DNA of 64,000 nucleotides, taken from contig JARKOQ010000149.1 in assembly GCA_029976005.1 (NCBI GenBank), positions 68,400-132,399 on the forward strand. The letters are read 5' to 3'. The notes below the pieces were generated by a model that was given only the letters and a program-made list of their open reading frames with translations, did not search any database and had not been told where the DNA came from. This stretch comes from Aggregatilineales bacterium. Its GTDB lineage: Bacteria > Chloroflexota > Anaerolineae > Aggregatilineales > Ch27. Shown one piece after another: positions 9,589 through 18,151 of the stretch (its first letter is position 1; every line of letters begins with the position of its first letter). The translations under genes and the position numbers were made by a program.

Positions 9589-10958
9589 GACGGCCTCCCA
9601 TCGTGACGCGCCCGCTCCCGCAGGAAGCGCTCGCGCGGAGTCAGATCGACTTCCGCCCCTTCGTCCTCGTCCGGCAGCGGCGGCGGCTCGCTGGCGATGG
9701 GCAGGTGATGGACCAGCACACCGGGGATCAACGGCGGTTCCTGCTTGCCGAGCATGAGCAGCACCAGCCGCCGCCCACTGTCGCGCAGCCGGATCACGGT
9801 CGCCTCGATCTCGTCGTTCATATAGGCGGTCACCAGGACAAGCGTCGCGCCCCACGGCAAATGAGGACTTTCTTCCAGCATGAAGGTGGCGAATCCGGCC
9901 GTGACGATGTAGCTCACCCCGGCCAGGGTTTCCAGAATGCGGGCGAGTTGGTGGCGGCTGCGTCCCGGCAGTACCCGGAAGGGCTGATCGGCGTGGGCCA
10001 GTGTGCCGTTGGCGACCACCCCCACCGCGTAGTGCTGGTCGAAAGCCCAGTAGGCCAGGGACGCCGTCACGCTGACCAGGTATTCCAGCATGTCCGGCCA
10101 GAAGCCGTGCCAGTGTTCTTCATAGGTGCCCACGTTCAGGCACAACACCAGGTTGACGCTGCGCGTCGGCTCGTAGACCTTGGTCTGGAGCGCACCCGTG
10201 CGGGCCGTCGCCTTCCAGTGGACGTGCCGGATATCGTCCTCAGGCCGGTAGTCGCGCGCGCCCATGATCCGGTTGGGGTCCTCGAACAGGCGCTGCTGCC
10301 CGGAAACGTCTCCCAGCGGGTCTTTCATCGGCAGGCCCAGGTCTTCCAGAGGGCGAATCTCCGGGTAGACGATCAGGTAATCCGTGGAAGCCAGCTCGCG
10401 GCCACGCTCGAACAGATTGAACGGGTCGCCGGACAGGCCATAGGCCGGGCCGATCGCGTAGACTCCTCGTTTGCGCGCCAGGATGGGTATCCGCCGCCGC
10501 ACGCGCTGATTCCAGCGCAAGGTGTAGGTGTTGATCAGCACGCCCGCATCCGGCACGGAAGCCGCGTTGAGCCGCGATTCGTCCAGCGGCCCCACCACCA
10601 GCGGCCATTCGTCTTCCACCCGAAGCCAGCCCAGCGGCAGCAGCTTGCGGTTCTCCACCACCACCTGGGCCTCGATCTCCTCGCCGGGAAAGACGCGCCG
10701 GTGTTGGAAGCGGCGCAGGTAGACCACCTTTTGCAGCGCGCGCCGACTCCATAACCAGGACACGCTGACCACGACCAGCATGAAACCTGTAAGGGCCATC
10801 AGCGTGGTATTGCGCAACAGCGCCCCAAGGACAAACAGCAAGACCGCCATGCCCACCCAGCGGTGATCGAGCAGACTGCGCACGGTATCGCCCGCGATCT
10901 GGCGGCGGCCGCTCTGCAACAGCTCGCGCTCTGCCTTTTCGAAGTCAAAAAGAGCCAC
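9585..10958 (-). CDS. DUF58 domain protein
   Basis: GTG start at 10958, 2 nt after the MoxR stop. Two N-terminal TM helices, then the hallmark GARDYRPEDDIRHVHWKATARTGALQTKVYE. Confidence 0.85.
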   Translation of the reverse strand: MALFDFEKAERELLQSGRRQIAGDTVRSLLDHRWVGMAVLLFVLGALLRNTTLMALTGFMLVVVSVSWLWSRRALQKVVYLRRFQHRRVFPGEEIEAQVVVENRKLLPLGWLRVEDEWPLVVGPLDESRLNAASVPDAGVLINTYTLRWNQRVRRRIPILARKRGVYAIGPAYGLSGDPFNLFERGRELASTDYLIVYPEIRPLEDLGLPMKDPLGDVSGQQRLFEDPNRIMGARDYRPEDDIRHVHWKATARTGALQTKVYEPTRSVNLVLCLNVGTYEEHWHGFWPDMLEYLVSVTASLAYWAFDQHYAVGVVANGTLAHADQPFRVLPGRSRHQLARILETLAGVSYIVTAGFATFMLEESPHLPWGATLVLVTAYMNDEIEATVIRLRDSGRRLVLLMLGKQEPPLIPGVLVHHLPIASEPPPLPDEDEGAEVDLTPRERFLRERARHDGRPS

Positions 10959-10960
10959 GG

Positions 10961-11896
10961 TCAGGCTTCCACGGGAACGGGCACGGTATTCACGATATCG
11001 GCCACGATTTCTTCCGGCTTGCGCCCGCGCAGACGCATCTGCGGGCTGAGCATGATCCGGTGGGTCATGACCGCCGGAGCCAGGCGTTTGACATCGTCCG
11101 GCAAGACGAAGTCCCGGCCCTGAATCGCGGCCCAGGCCTGGCTGGAACGGTACAGCGCCAGCGTGGCGCGCGGGCTGGCCCCCAGGTCAACCTCATGATG
11201 CGCGCGGGTCGTCCGGATGACATCCACAATGTAATTGTGGACGCTCTGTTCGACCCGGATCGCGCGCACGTCCCGGATCATCTGCTGCACGGTTTCCGGC
11301 TCGGTCACCGGGGCCAGGGTTTCCATCGGATCATCGGTCCGGAAGCGGGTCAGCAGGTCGCGCTCTTCGTCGAGCGAGGGATAGCCGATGTCGATCCGCA
11401 TCAGGAAGCGGTCGATCTGGGCTTCCGGCAGCGGGAAGGTGCCTTCAAGTTCGATCGGGTTCTGGGTGGCGATCACCAGGAAGGGCCGGGGCAGCTTCTT
11501 GGTCTCCAGATCGACCGTCACCTGGCGCTCCTGCATGGCTTCCAGCAAGGCGCTCTGGGTGCGCGGAGTCGCGCGGTTGATCTCGTCCGCCAGGACAACC
11601 TGGCTCAGAATCGGGCCGGGCCGGTATTCGAATTCCTGGCGCTTCTGGTTGAAGTAGTTGATGCCGGTCACGTCGCTGGGCAGCAGGTCCGGCGTGAACT
11701 GAATCCGGCGGAATTCGCAGCCCAGCGAGGTCGCCAGGGCCTTGGCCAGGGTCGTCTTGCCCGTGCCGGGCACGTCCTCCAGCAGGATATGGCCTTCACT
11801 CAGCACGGCAGCCAGCACGAGGTTGATCACCTCGTCCTTGCCGATGATCACGCGCTGGACGTTCTCCCGAACACGCCGGGCGGTCTCTGCAATCAT
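10961..11896 (-). CDS. MoxR-family AAA+ ATPase
   Basis: ATG 11896 (MIAETARRVRENVQRVIIGKDEV). Walker A LEDVPGTGKT, Walker B VLADEINRA, and sensor/Arg-finger region ATQNPIE. Confidence 0.9.
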   Translation of the reverse strand: MIAETARRVRENVQRVIIGKDEVINLVLAAVLSEGHILLEDVPGTGKTTLAKALATSLGCEFRRIQFTPDLLPSDVTGINYFNQKRQEFEYRPGPILSQVVLADEINRATPRTQSALLEAMQERQVTVDLETKKLPRPFLVIATQNPIELEGTFPLPEAQIDRFLMRIDIGYPSLDEERDLLTRFRTDDPMETLAPVTEPETVQQMIRDVRAIRVEQSVHNYIVDVIRTTRAHHEVDLGASPRATLALYRSSQAWAAIQGRDFVLPDDVKRLAPAVMTHRIMLSPQMRLRGRKPEEIVADIVNTVPVPVEA

Positions 11897-11990
11897 CACC
11901 TTGTCCTTTGGTCGTTCATGAGGGTGATCGAGTTCGTTTTTGAGCGGGCCAAGTATATCCAGTCTCCCAGTGCGGAACAATGCGCCATCA

Positions 11991-12047
11991 AAAAACGATG
12001 GAACCGCCAAAGCGCCAAGAACGCCAGGAAAAATGCGGAGAAAGGCA
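11991..12047 (+). repeat. Dispersed intergenic repeat, copy A (core AACCGCCAAAGCGCCAAGAACGCCA)
   Basis: Hand alignment with the reverse complement of 41583-41642 matches about 50 of 57 positions, with two short indels. The copy contains three CGCCA(A/G) units spaced 8-9 nt apart. Confidence 0.75.
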
Positions 12048-12327
12048 GAATGCAGACGACTCTAAGGTGAAAATCGTCCGCATAGGTTTGAAAAACCCCT
12101 TGTTTCGCGCGCGATCCGCACTTGTTTTTGGCTTCTCGCCTGGCCGCTTGCCGCTTCGACGCTGCCAGCGACTGTGATGAAATGCTTTTGCAGCCGCCCT
12201 CCCGGCCTGCCTGCCGCCGGCCTACACAAATTCCTAACAATCGACCTGTCGCGCGGCAAAACCGCGCTCTTGCATCCGGCCAGCCACTGCCCGCATAATT
12301 AGGGTGATTATCGTGGGGGGAGAAATC

Positions 12328-13458
12328 ATGGCGGAACCACCAACCCAGATCGACTATCGCGCCCTGTTGGATGGCATGGGTGAGGGCGTATTGCTATTCG
12401 ACGCCGACGGAAAGCTCGTGCTGGACAATCTGCCCGCGCGCTCGATCCTGGGTCCTAACCTGATGCACATCCGGACCCGAGGCTGGTCGAGCCTGGCGGA
12501 ACTGCTCGACCAGTCTCGCGCTCAGGACGCGCCCGGCCTCAACCAGCTTCGCGAGCAAGCCCTGCGCTCCCCCAACCCGATTCGCTTTCATACCTTCATG
12601 GGCGGCGTGCATACTCCCGGCTGGATCACCGGCGTCTACAACGCGCGCGGGGCGGTCTTCAGCATGGTCGTCCTGGAGCGCGCCGACTGGCAGCCCCTCA
12701 CCGAGATCATGACCACCTTCCGCAACGAAGCCCGGATGTCAATCTCGGCCACGCGCGGCCACGCCGAGTTGATCAAGCAGATCGTGCTCCAGAACAGCAA
12801 AACGCCAGAAGTGGAACGCCTGGGCAAGCGCGTCCTGGGCTTCACGGACATCATCTCCACCCACATGCTCCGCCTCCAGAACCTGATGAACCTGCTCCAG
12901 CGGCTGGAGCTGCTGCGCACCGGGGCCTTGCCCCGCCTGGTTCGGGAGCAGCGGCGCAAACTGCGCCTGTCCGACTTCCTGGAGGACTTTCTGGAAGAAC
13001 TGGCCGACGAAGCACTCGGCGACCCGGACATGGGCGGCGGCGACTTCCGCGACCGGCTGACCGTCGACGTGCCCGACACGCTGGAAATTCTGGCTTCACC
13101 GGAGCACCTGGGCTATGCCCTGCGCGACCTGCTGCGTAACGCGGCCTGCTACAGTCCGGCCGGATCGCCCATCGATCTGCGCGCCCGGCTGGAGCTGAAT
13201 CGCCAGCACGTCCGGATCGACGTCAACGATCAGGGCTACGGCATTCGCGCCAGCGAGTACGGCCGCGTGTTCGCCCCCTTCCAGCGCGCCCGCCAGCCGC
13301 AGATCATCGGCGTCGACGGCTATGGACTCAGCCTGTATCTGGTGCAGGCCGAAGTGCAGGTCATGGGAGGGCGCATCTGGTTCGAAAGCGTGGAGGGCGC
13401 GGGAAGCACGTTCAGCTTCACCCTGCCCGTCCGGGCCTCAGGGGAAACCCAACTCTAG
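12328..13458 (+). CDS. Cytoplasmic PAS-domain sensor histidine kinase
   Basis: ATG 12328 follows a GGGGGGAG run. PAS-like N-terminus (LLDGMGEGVLLFDADGKLVLDN), candidate phospho-His in SATRGHAELIKQI, and HATPase_c motifs (DQGYGI, GYGLSLYLV, GAGSTFSFTLP). No TM segment. Confidence 0.8.
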   Translation: MAEPPTQIDYRALLDGMGEGVLLFDADGKLVLDNLPARSILGPNLMHIRTRGWSSLAELLDQSRAQDAPGLNQLREQALRSPNPIRFHTFMGGVHTPGWITGVYNARGAVFSMVVLERADWQPLTEIMTTFRNEARMSISATRGHAELIKQIVLQNSKTPEVERLGKRVLGFTDIISTHMLRLQNLMNLLQRLELLRTGALPRLVREQRRKLRLSDFLEDFLEELADEALGDPDMGGGDFRDRLTVDVPDTLEILASPEHLGYALRDLLRNAACYSPAGSPIDLRARLELNRQHVRIDVNDQGYGIRASEYGRVFAPFQRARQPQIIGVDGYGLSLYLVQAEVQVMGGRIWFESVEGAGSTFSFTLPVRASGETQL

Positions 13459-13466
13459 GCAAAAAG

Positions 13467-13493
13467 ACAGCCCCGCTCAAAAAGCGGGGCTGT
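13467..13493 (-). terminator. Intrinsic terminator of metK (also faces the kinase gene)
   Basis: ACAGCCCCGC / GCGGGGCTGT stem (10 bp) with a 7-nt loop. On the minus strand it is followed by TCTTTTTG. Confidence 0.7.
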
Positions 13494-13536
13494 TCGTCGA
13501 ATTCACCTCACACCGCGGCAGGCCACAGGCTTGCTT

Positions 13537-14754
13537 CTACAGGCCGGCTTCCCTGCGGAGCAGGTCGGCCTTGTCGATGCGCTCCCACGGCACATTCAGA
13601 TCGTCGCGGCCGAAGTGGCCGTAAGCGGCCACGGCCCGGTACAGAGGCCGGCGCAGGTCGAGGTCGCGGATGATCGCCGCCGGGCGCAGGTCGAAATACT
13701 TGCGCACCAGCTCCTCGATCTTGGCATCGCTGATCTTGCCCGTGCCAAAGGTTTCCACCGCCAGGCTGGTCGGATGCGCCACGCCGATGGCATAGCTGAC
13801 CTGAAGCTCGACGCGATCCGCCAGACCCGCCGCCACGATGTTCTTGCAGACGTAGCGCGCCATGTACGCCCCGGAGCGGTCCACCTTCGTCGGGTCCTTG
13901 CCGCTGAACGCGCCGCCGCCATGCCGGGCCACACCGCCGTAGGTGTCGACGATGATCTTACGGCCGGTCAGCCCGGCGTCGCCCATCGGGCCGCCGGTCA
14001 CGAAACGGCCGGTCGGGTTGACCAGGATGCGCGTCCGGTCGTCCAACAGCTCACCGGGGACGACCTTGCGGATCACGTGCTCGATGATGTCCGCGCGGAT
14101 CTGATCCTGGGTAACCTCCGGAGCGTGCTGGGTGCTGACGATGATCGTGTCCACGCGCACCGGCTTGCCGTAAGCATACTCGACCGTGACCTGGCTTTTG
14201 CCGTCCGGACGCAGGTATTCCAGCGTGCCGTTCTTGCGGACTTCGGTCAGGCGGCGGGCCAGCTTGTTGGCCAGGCTGCTGGTCAGGGGCATGAATTCCG
14301 GGGTTTCGTTGCAGGCGAACCCGATCATCATGCCCTGGTCGCCCGCGCCAATCGCATCGATCTGGGCATCGGTCATCTCGCCGGTTTTGGCTTCGAGCGC
14401 CTTGTCGACGCCCAGCGCGATGTCCGCGCTCTGTTCCTTGATGGACACGATGACGCCGCATGTCTCCGAGTCAAAACCGTACTTGGCGCGGGTATAGCCG
14501 ATCTCCTCGACCGTCTTGCGCGCCAGGCTGCCGATGTCGACGTAGGTGCTGGTGGTGATCTCGCCCATGACCAGGATCAGGCCGGTGGTCACCGCCGTCT
14601 CGCACGCCACGCGGGCGTCGGGATCATCCTTGATAATGGCGTCGAGGACGGCATCCGAAATCTGGTCGCAGATTTTGTCCGGATGGCCTTCCGTGACGCT
14701 CTCAGACGTAAAGTAATACTTCGGGGACGTCATAAATGTTGTATTGCTGCTCAC
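13537..14754 (-). CDS. metK: S-adenosylmethionine synthetase
   Basis: [51 protein letters not shown] 14754 lies 8 nt after AAGGAG; an alternative ATG is at 14733. Confidence 0.95.
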   Translation of the reverse strand: MSSNTTFMTSPKYYFTSESVTEGHPDKICDQISDAVLDAIIKDDPDARVACETAVTTGLILVMGEITTSTYVDIGSLARKTVEEIGYTRAKYGFDSETCGVIVSIKEQSADIALGVDKALEAKTGEMTDAQIDAIGAGDQGMMIGFACNETPEFMPLTSSLANKLARRLTEVRKNGTLEYLRPDGKSQVTVEYAYGKPVRVDTIIVSTQHAPEVTQDQIRADIIEHVIRKVVPGELLDDRTRILVNPTGRFVTGGPMGDAGLTGRKIIVDTYGGVARHGGGAFSGKDPTKVDRSGAYMARYVCKNIVAAGLADRVELQVSYAIGVAHPTSLAVETFGTGKISDAKIEELVRKYFDLRPAAIIRDLDLRRPLYRAVAAYGHFGRDDLNVPWERIDKADLLRREAGL

Positions 14755-14836
14755 TGAGAAGACTCCTTTAGTTGAACTGTACGGCTATGGCCGGAGCCGG
14801 AGGTTCTTCCGAACCGGCGACTCCTTCGACGAATAC

Positions 14837-14867
14837 GAAAAAATGCCCCCTGATAGACAGGAGGCAT
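14837..14867 (-). terminator. Riboswitch-controlled intrinsic terminator (expression platform)
   Basis: The minus strand reads AUGCCUCCUG-UCUAU-CAGGGGGCAU followed by UUUUUU. The 5' arm can alternatively pair with aptamer segment CAGAGGAGGCAUC, forming an antiterminator. Confidence 0.75.
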
Positions 14868-14890
14868 CTGGAACACGGCGGAATATCCAA

Positions 14891-15002
14891 TCATCTGCCA
14901 GAGGATGCCTCCTCTGCCGGAATTAGCACCTTCCTGGCCGATTGCGACAGGCCAGGGGTTGCCGCGGTTTCGTTGGGCCGGTCCCTCCACCGCTCTGGAT
15001 GA
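14891..15002 (-). promoter_or_regulatory. SAM-I (S-box) riboswitch aptamer upstream of metK
   Basis: The minus strand reads UCAUCCAGAGCGGUGGAGGGACCGGCCCAACGAAACCGCGGCAACC...GGAAGGUGCUAAUUCCGGCAGAGGAGGCAUCCUCUGGCAGAUGA. This matches the conserved S-box cores AGAGxGGUGGAGGGAxxGGCCCxAxGAAxCC..GCAACC and GGUGCUAAxUCC, with P1 closure UCAUC/GAUGA. Confidence 0.9.
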
Positions 15003-15218
15003 CGTATGCAGTTGGCATGCGGTATGGTAGCATGCCAGCCATGCCGTGTCAAGCCAACTCGAATCGGGCCATTCCGAATTGGGAGCAAGGTCATACTCCA
15101 AGTCGGAAATGCCACCCTCGAATCCGGCCAGCGCCGGCTCCCCGCCGGGGAGCGAGCGCGATTGATTTTGACCATATCGGGGGTACACTAGAAGGGGTAG
15201 GCGAGGAGAAAACGTGGC

Positions 15219-15566
15219 ATGGACGAACAGAACAATTCTCAGGATATGCACTGGCTCGACGAGTTTCAATCGCTCGCCAACGACGCGCTGCCCGACGGCT
15301 CGGCCTGCGCCCAGATTCACCCCATCGTGGAAGCCTGGCTGGACGAGCTTCTGGAAGGCGACCCGCCCGACTCACGCGATTCGGTCTGGCAGGCCATGTC
15401 CTGCCTGACCACCGAGGTCATCTACAAGCTCACCCCGGAGAACATCCTCGAAGTCCTCCAGGAGCATTTCGAGGAGGACGAGATCGCGACCTGGCTGGAA
15501 AGCCTGCTGCTGGTCGGGCGCGCCTTTCAGATCGCGCTCGATGAGGGCCGCCTCGACGACCTGTAG
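15219..15566 (+). CDS. Small acidic hypothetical protein (115 aa)
   Basis: GAGGAG lies upstream of ATG 15219. Composition is protein-like (Asp/Glu/Leu-rich, not Arg/Pro-rich). The gene is followed by a strong hairpin terminator. I recognise no family. Confidence 0.55.
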   Translation: MDEQNNSQDMHWLDEFQSLANDALPDGSACAQIHPIVEAWLDELLEGDPPDSRDSVWQAMSCLTTEVIYKLTPENILEVLQEHFEEDEIATWLESLLLVGRAFQIALDEGRLDDL

Positions 15567-15587
15567 CCCCCTCCGCCCGTCCAACAA

Positions 15588-15621
15588 ACAGGGCCGGTCC
15601 AAGCCGGCCCTGTTATCTTTC
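15588..15621. terminator. Intrinsic terminator between convergent genes
   Basis: ACAGGGCCGG / CCGGCCCTGT stem (10 bp) with a 6-nt loop, followed by TATCTTTCT. Confidence 0.65.
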
Positions 15622-15637
15622 TCGCAGGCTCGCCCGC

Positions 15638-16468
15638 CTATTCGTAGCGAATGTCGCCGCGCATCACCTGCTCCAGCCGGAACAGATCGGTGCGCGAAGT
15701 CAGGTCCAGGCTGAGCGGCGTCACGGACACGACCCCGTCCTGGAGGATGGCATAAACGTCCGAATTCGGCTCCGCCCGCGAGGAGTCGGCGGCCAGTTCG
15801 TAGCCGATCTTGCCCACATCGCCCAGGGCGATCCGTTCCGGCCGGGTCGGCCAGAAGACGCGCCGCCGCGACAGGCGCGTCATGCGCCACGGCGTCTGCG
15901 GCGTGGCCTTCATGGGGACGTCGACCTTGATCACGTCTACGTCGTCCGGCAGCCGGCGGCTGGCCAGCAGACGCTCCGCGAACAGCCGCGTGAAATACGC
16001 CGCGGCCGAGAAATCCACGTTCGCGTAGGACATGTGCAGGTCGATCGGGGTTTGCAGGCTCACGGCCAGGGCGCGAATCCCCAGGCTGGCGGCTTCCAGC
16101 GCCGCCCCCACCGTGCCGGAGATCGTCACGCCGTTGCCGGTGTTCTCACCGTAGTTGATCCCGGAGACCACCAGCGACGGCAGCCGGGGCGCCAGCTCCA
16201 ACACACCGTGCTGAACCGTCTGGGCCGGGGTGCCATCCACGGCATAGACCGTGATCTCGGACCCATTCAGCCGCCGCTCGCGCTCGTATATCCGCCCTTC
16301 GCTGGTCACCGGCAGGCTGCGGCCGGTGCCGGACTGCTGCTCGCGCGGGGCGACCACCAGCAGATCGCCCAACCCGTCGAGGGCCTCCACCGCGGCCCAC
16401 AGGCCGGGCGACTCGATCCCATCGTCATTCGTGAACAGAATAATCGGTCGATTCTCGCTCAAACTCAC
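15638..16468 (-). CDS. surE: 5'/3'-nucleotidase SurE
   Basis: ILFTNDDGIESPGLWAAVEAL...VVAPREQQSGTGRSLP...SGINYGEN. Confidence 0.9.
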   Translation of the reverse strand: MSLSENRPIILFTNDDGIESPGLWAAVEALDGLGDLLVVAPREQQSGTGRSLPVTSEGRIYERERRLNGSEITVYAVDGTPAQTVQHGVLELAPRLPSLVVSGINYGENTGNGVTISGTVGAALEAASLGIRALAVSLQTPIDLHMSYANVDFSAAAYFTRLFAERLLASRRLPDDVDVIKVDVPMKATPQTPWRMTRLSRRRVFWPTRPERIALGDVGKIGYELAADSSRAEPNSDVYAILQDGVVSVTPLSLDLTSRTDLFRLEQVMRGDIRYE

Positions 16469-16589
16469 CTCACCGTCTGCCCGTGCAGACTCGTTGCATA
16501 TCGTCTCATGTCCTCACGAGCATAACGCGGAATTGTTAAAAGTCGACCCGAATCCCGTTAAAATTCAGAGAACATAAGTCGCCTGACCA

Positions 16590-16631
16590 ACAAAAAAGGG
16601 CGCTCGCCGGAAAAACCGGACGGACGCCCTT
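16590..16631 (-). terminator. Intrinsic terminator after the GlsB/YeaQ gene
   Basis: The minus strand reads AAGGGCGUCCGUCCGG-UUUUU-CCGGCGAGCGCCCUU followed by UUUUUGUUGG. Confidence 0.7.
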
Positions 16632-16658
16632 CCAGAGTCTCTGGCCTGCGCCGATCGC

Positions 16659-16934
16659 TCACCGGGCAAAATCGGAGTCCAGAACCACCCGCACGCCCAG
16701 CACGAACAGGATCGCGCCGATCGCGGCGATGATGATGTGGCCGCAGATCGCCAGCGGCCCGCTGGGACCGATCCCCAGCAGGTTAAAGACCACGCCGCCG
16801 ACCATGGAGCCGATCAGCCCCAGGGCCAGGTCGCCCACGGGCCCGTATCCCCGCCCGCGAATCAGCCGTCCGGCGAGCGTCCCGGCTACCCCGCCTACGA
16901 TCAGCCACAGAATGCAATTCAGGGGATTCCACAT
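16659..16934 (-). CDS. GlsB/YeaQ/YmgE family (transglycosylase-associated) stress membrane protein
   Basis: 91 aa with three Gly-rich TM helices: ILWLIVGGVAGTLAGRLIRGRGYGPVGDLALGLIGSMVGG. Confidence 0.85.
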   Translation of the reverse strand: MWNPLNCILWLIVGGVAGTLAGRLIRGRGYGPVGDLALGLIGSMVGGVVFNLLGIGPSGPLAICGHIIIAAIGAILFVLGVRVVLDSDFAR

Positions 16935-17009
16935 GACCGTCCATCCTTCCTGTTCAGGCTCAACCCGTCACCCTATCTATACGGATGGACCGGCCAGAAG
17001 TTCCGCGCT

Positions 17010-17858
17010 TCAGTCGGTGGATTTGTCGCGCAGGTACACGAACCAGTACACTGCGGCAACCATCACCACGCCGCCGATGACATTGCCGATCGTGACCGGA
17101 AGCAGGTTATTCACCAGAAAGTTGCCCCAGGTCAGATTGGGCAGGTCGAGGCCCATCTGGGTCATAAACGCCGGATCGAAGTCCTTGATGAACAGGCCCA
17201 GCGGGATGAAGTACATGTTGGCGACACAGTGTTCGAAGCCCGCCGCGACAAAGGCCGTGATCGGGAAAACAATGGCAACAATCTTGTCCGTGGTCGAATG
17301 GGCGCTGTAGGTCAGCCAGACCGCCATGCAGACCAGCGCGTTGCACATGATGCCCAGCGCCAGCGCCTCGACGAAACCCAGGCTGCTCTTGAATGCGGCG
17401 ATGTTGAGCGCAGTCACGCCCACCGCACCGCCGGAAAACGTGTACTGGCGGCAAAAGAACATGATCAACGCGGTGGCGATCGATCCCACGAAGTTGCCCG
17501 TGTAGACGATCAGCCAGTTGCGCAGCAGCCCGCGCGTGCTGACCTTGCCATTGGCCCAGGCCATGACAATCAGGTTGTTGCCGGTGAACAGCTCCGCCCC
17601 GCCCACCACGACCAGGATCAGACCCAGGCAAAAGGCCAGCCCGGCCAGGAGTCGCCCAACCCCATACGGCAGGCCATCCTTGGCCCCGGTCAGCATCACG
17701 GTGGCGAAAATCGCGCCCAGGCTGATAAACGCCCCGGCCAGCACCGCCAGGACGAACATCGTTCTCGCCGGCATAGCCGCCTTCGCCACGCCCACCTTCT
17801 CTGCGTGGCGGGCCATTTCCGCCGGAATCAGTGCATCAATCCGGATTTGTTCGGTCAT
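17010..17858 (-). CDS. Formate/nitrite transporter family channel
   Basis: ATG 17858. Motifs GAELFTGNN and GFEHCVANMYFIP are FNT family signatures. Confidence 0.9.
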   Translation of the reverse strand: MTEQIRIDALIPAEMARHAEKVGVAKAAMPARTMFVLAVLAGAFISLGAIFATVMLTGAKDGLPYGVGRLLAGLAFCLGLILVVVGGAELFTGNNLIVMAWANGKVSTRGLLRNWLIVYTGNFVGSIATALIMFFCRQYTFSGGAVGVTALNIAAFKSSLGFVEALALGIMCNALVCMAVWLTYSAHSTTDKIVAIVFPITAFVAAGFEHCVANMYFIPLGLFIKDFDPAFMTQMGLDLPNLTWGNFLVNNLLPVTIGNVIGGVVMVAAVYWFVYLRDKSTD

Positions 17859-18151
17859 CGACGCGTGTCGCTCCTTCGCCTGGGTCGCCCCTGCGAGCCT
17901 CGCCAACTGGACCTATAGGACATTCTGCTCAGAAATAACTTTCGGAAAATGTGCAATCTGCACCAATGCACCCATTGTAGCAGAGAGCGCCCCAACCGTG
18001 ATCTGACAAACCTCACGGTCTGGCCCGACGCGAAATCCAGAACCGCCCAGGCGTTGGTCGGCCGTCCCGCCGGAGGTACAATCACCCGCCTGAACGGCAG
18101 ACGCCGGGGGAACGCCGCGATGCGCGGCGAGACACGCTCAAAGGTGGCACG

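Noticed and set aside
11896-12259. Small ORFs across the moxR/kinase intergenic region (11896..12240, 11980..12177, 12062..12259), and 41354..41763 across the hydrolase/murA gap
   Set aside because: They are translations of the dispersed repeat (peptides such as FLAFLALWRF and LAFLAFWRL). They have no SD and overlap each other in several frames.
14751-15544. ORFs 14751..15320, 14772..15002, 14891..15175 and 14942..15544 upstream of metK
   Set aside because: The region is fully explained by the SAM-I riboswitch, its terminator and the divergent promoter region.
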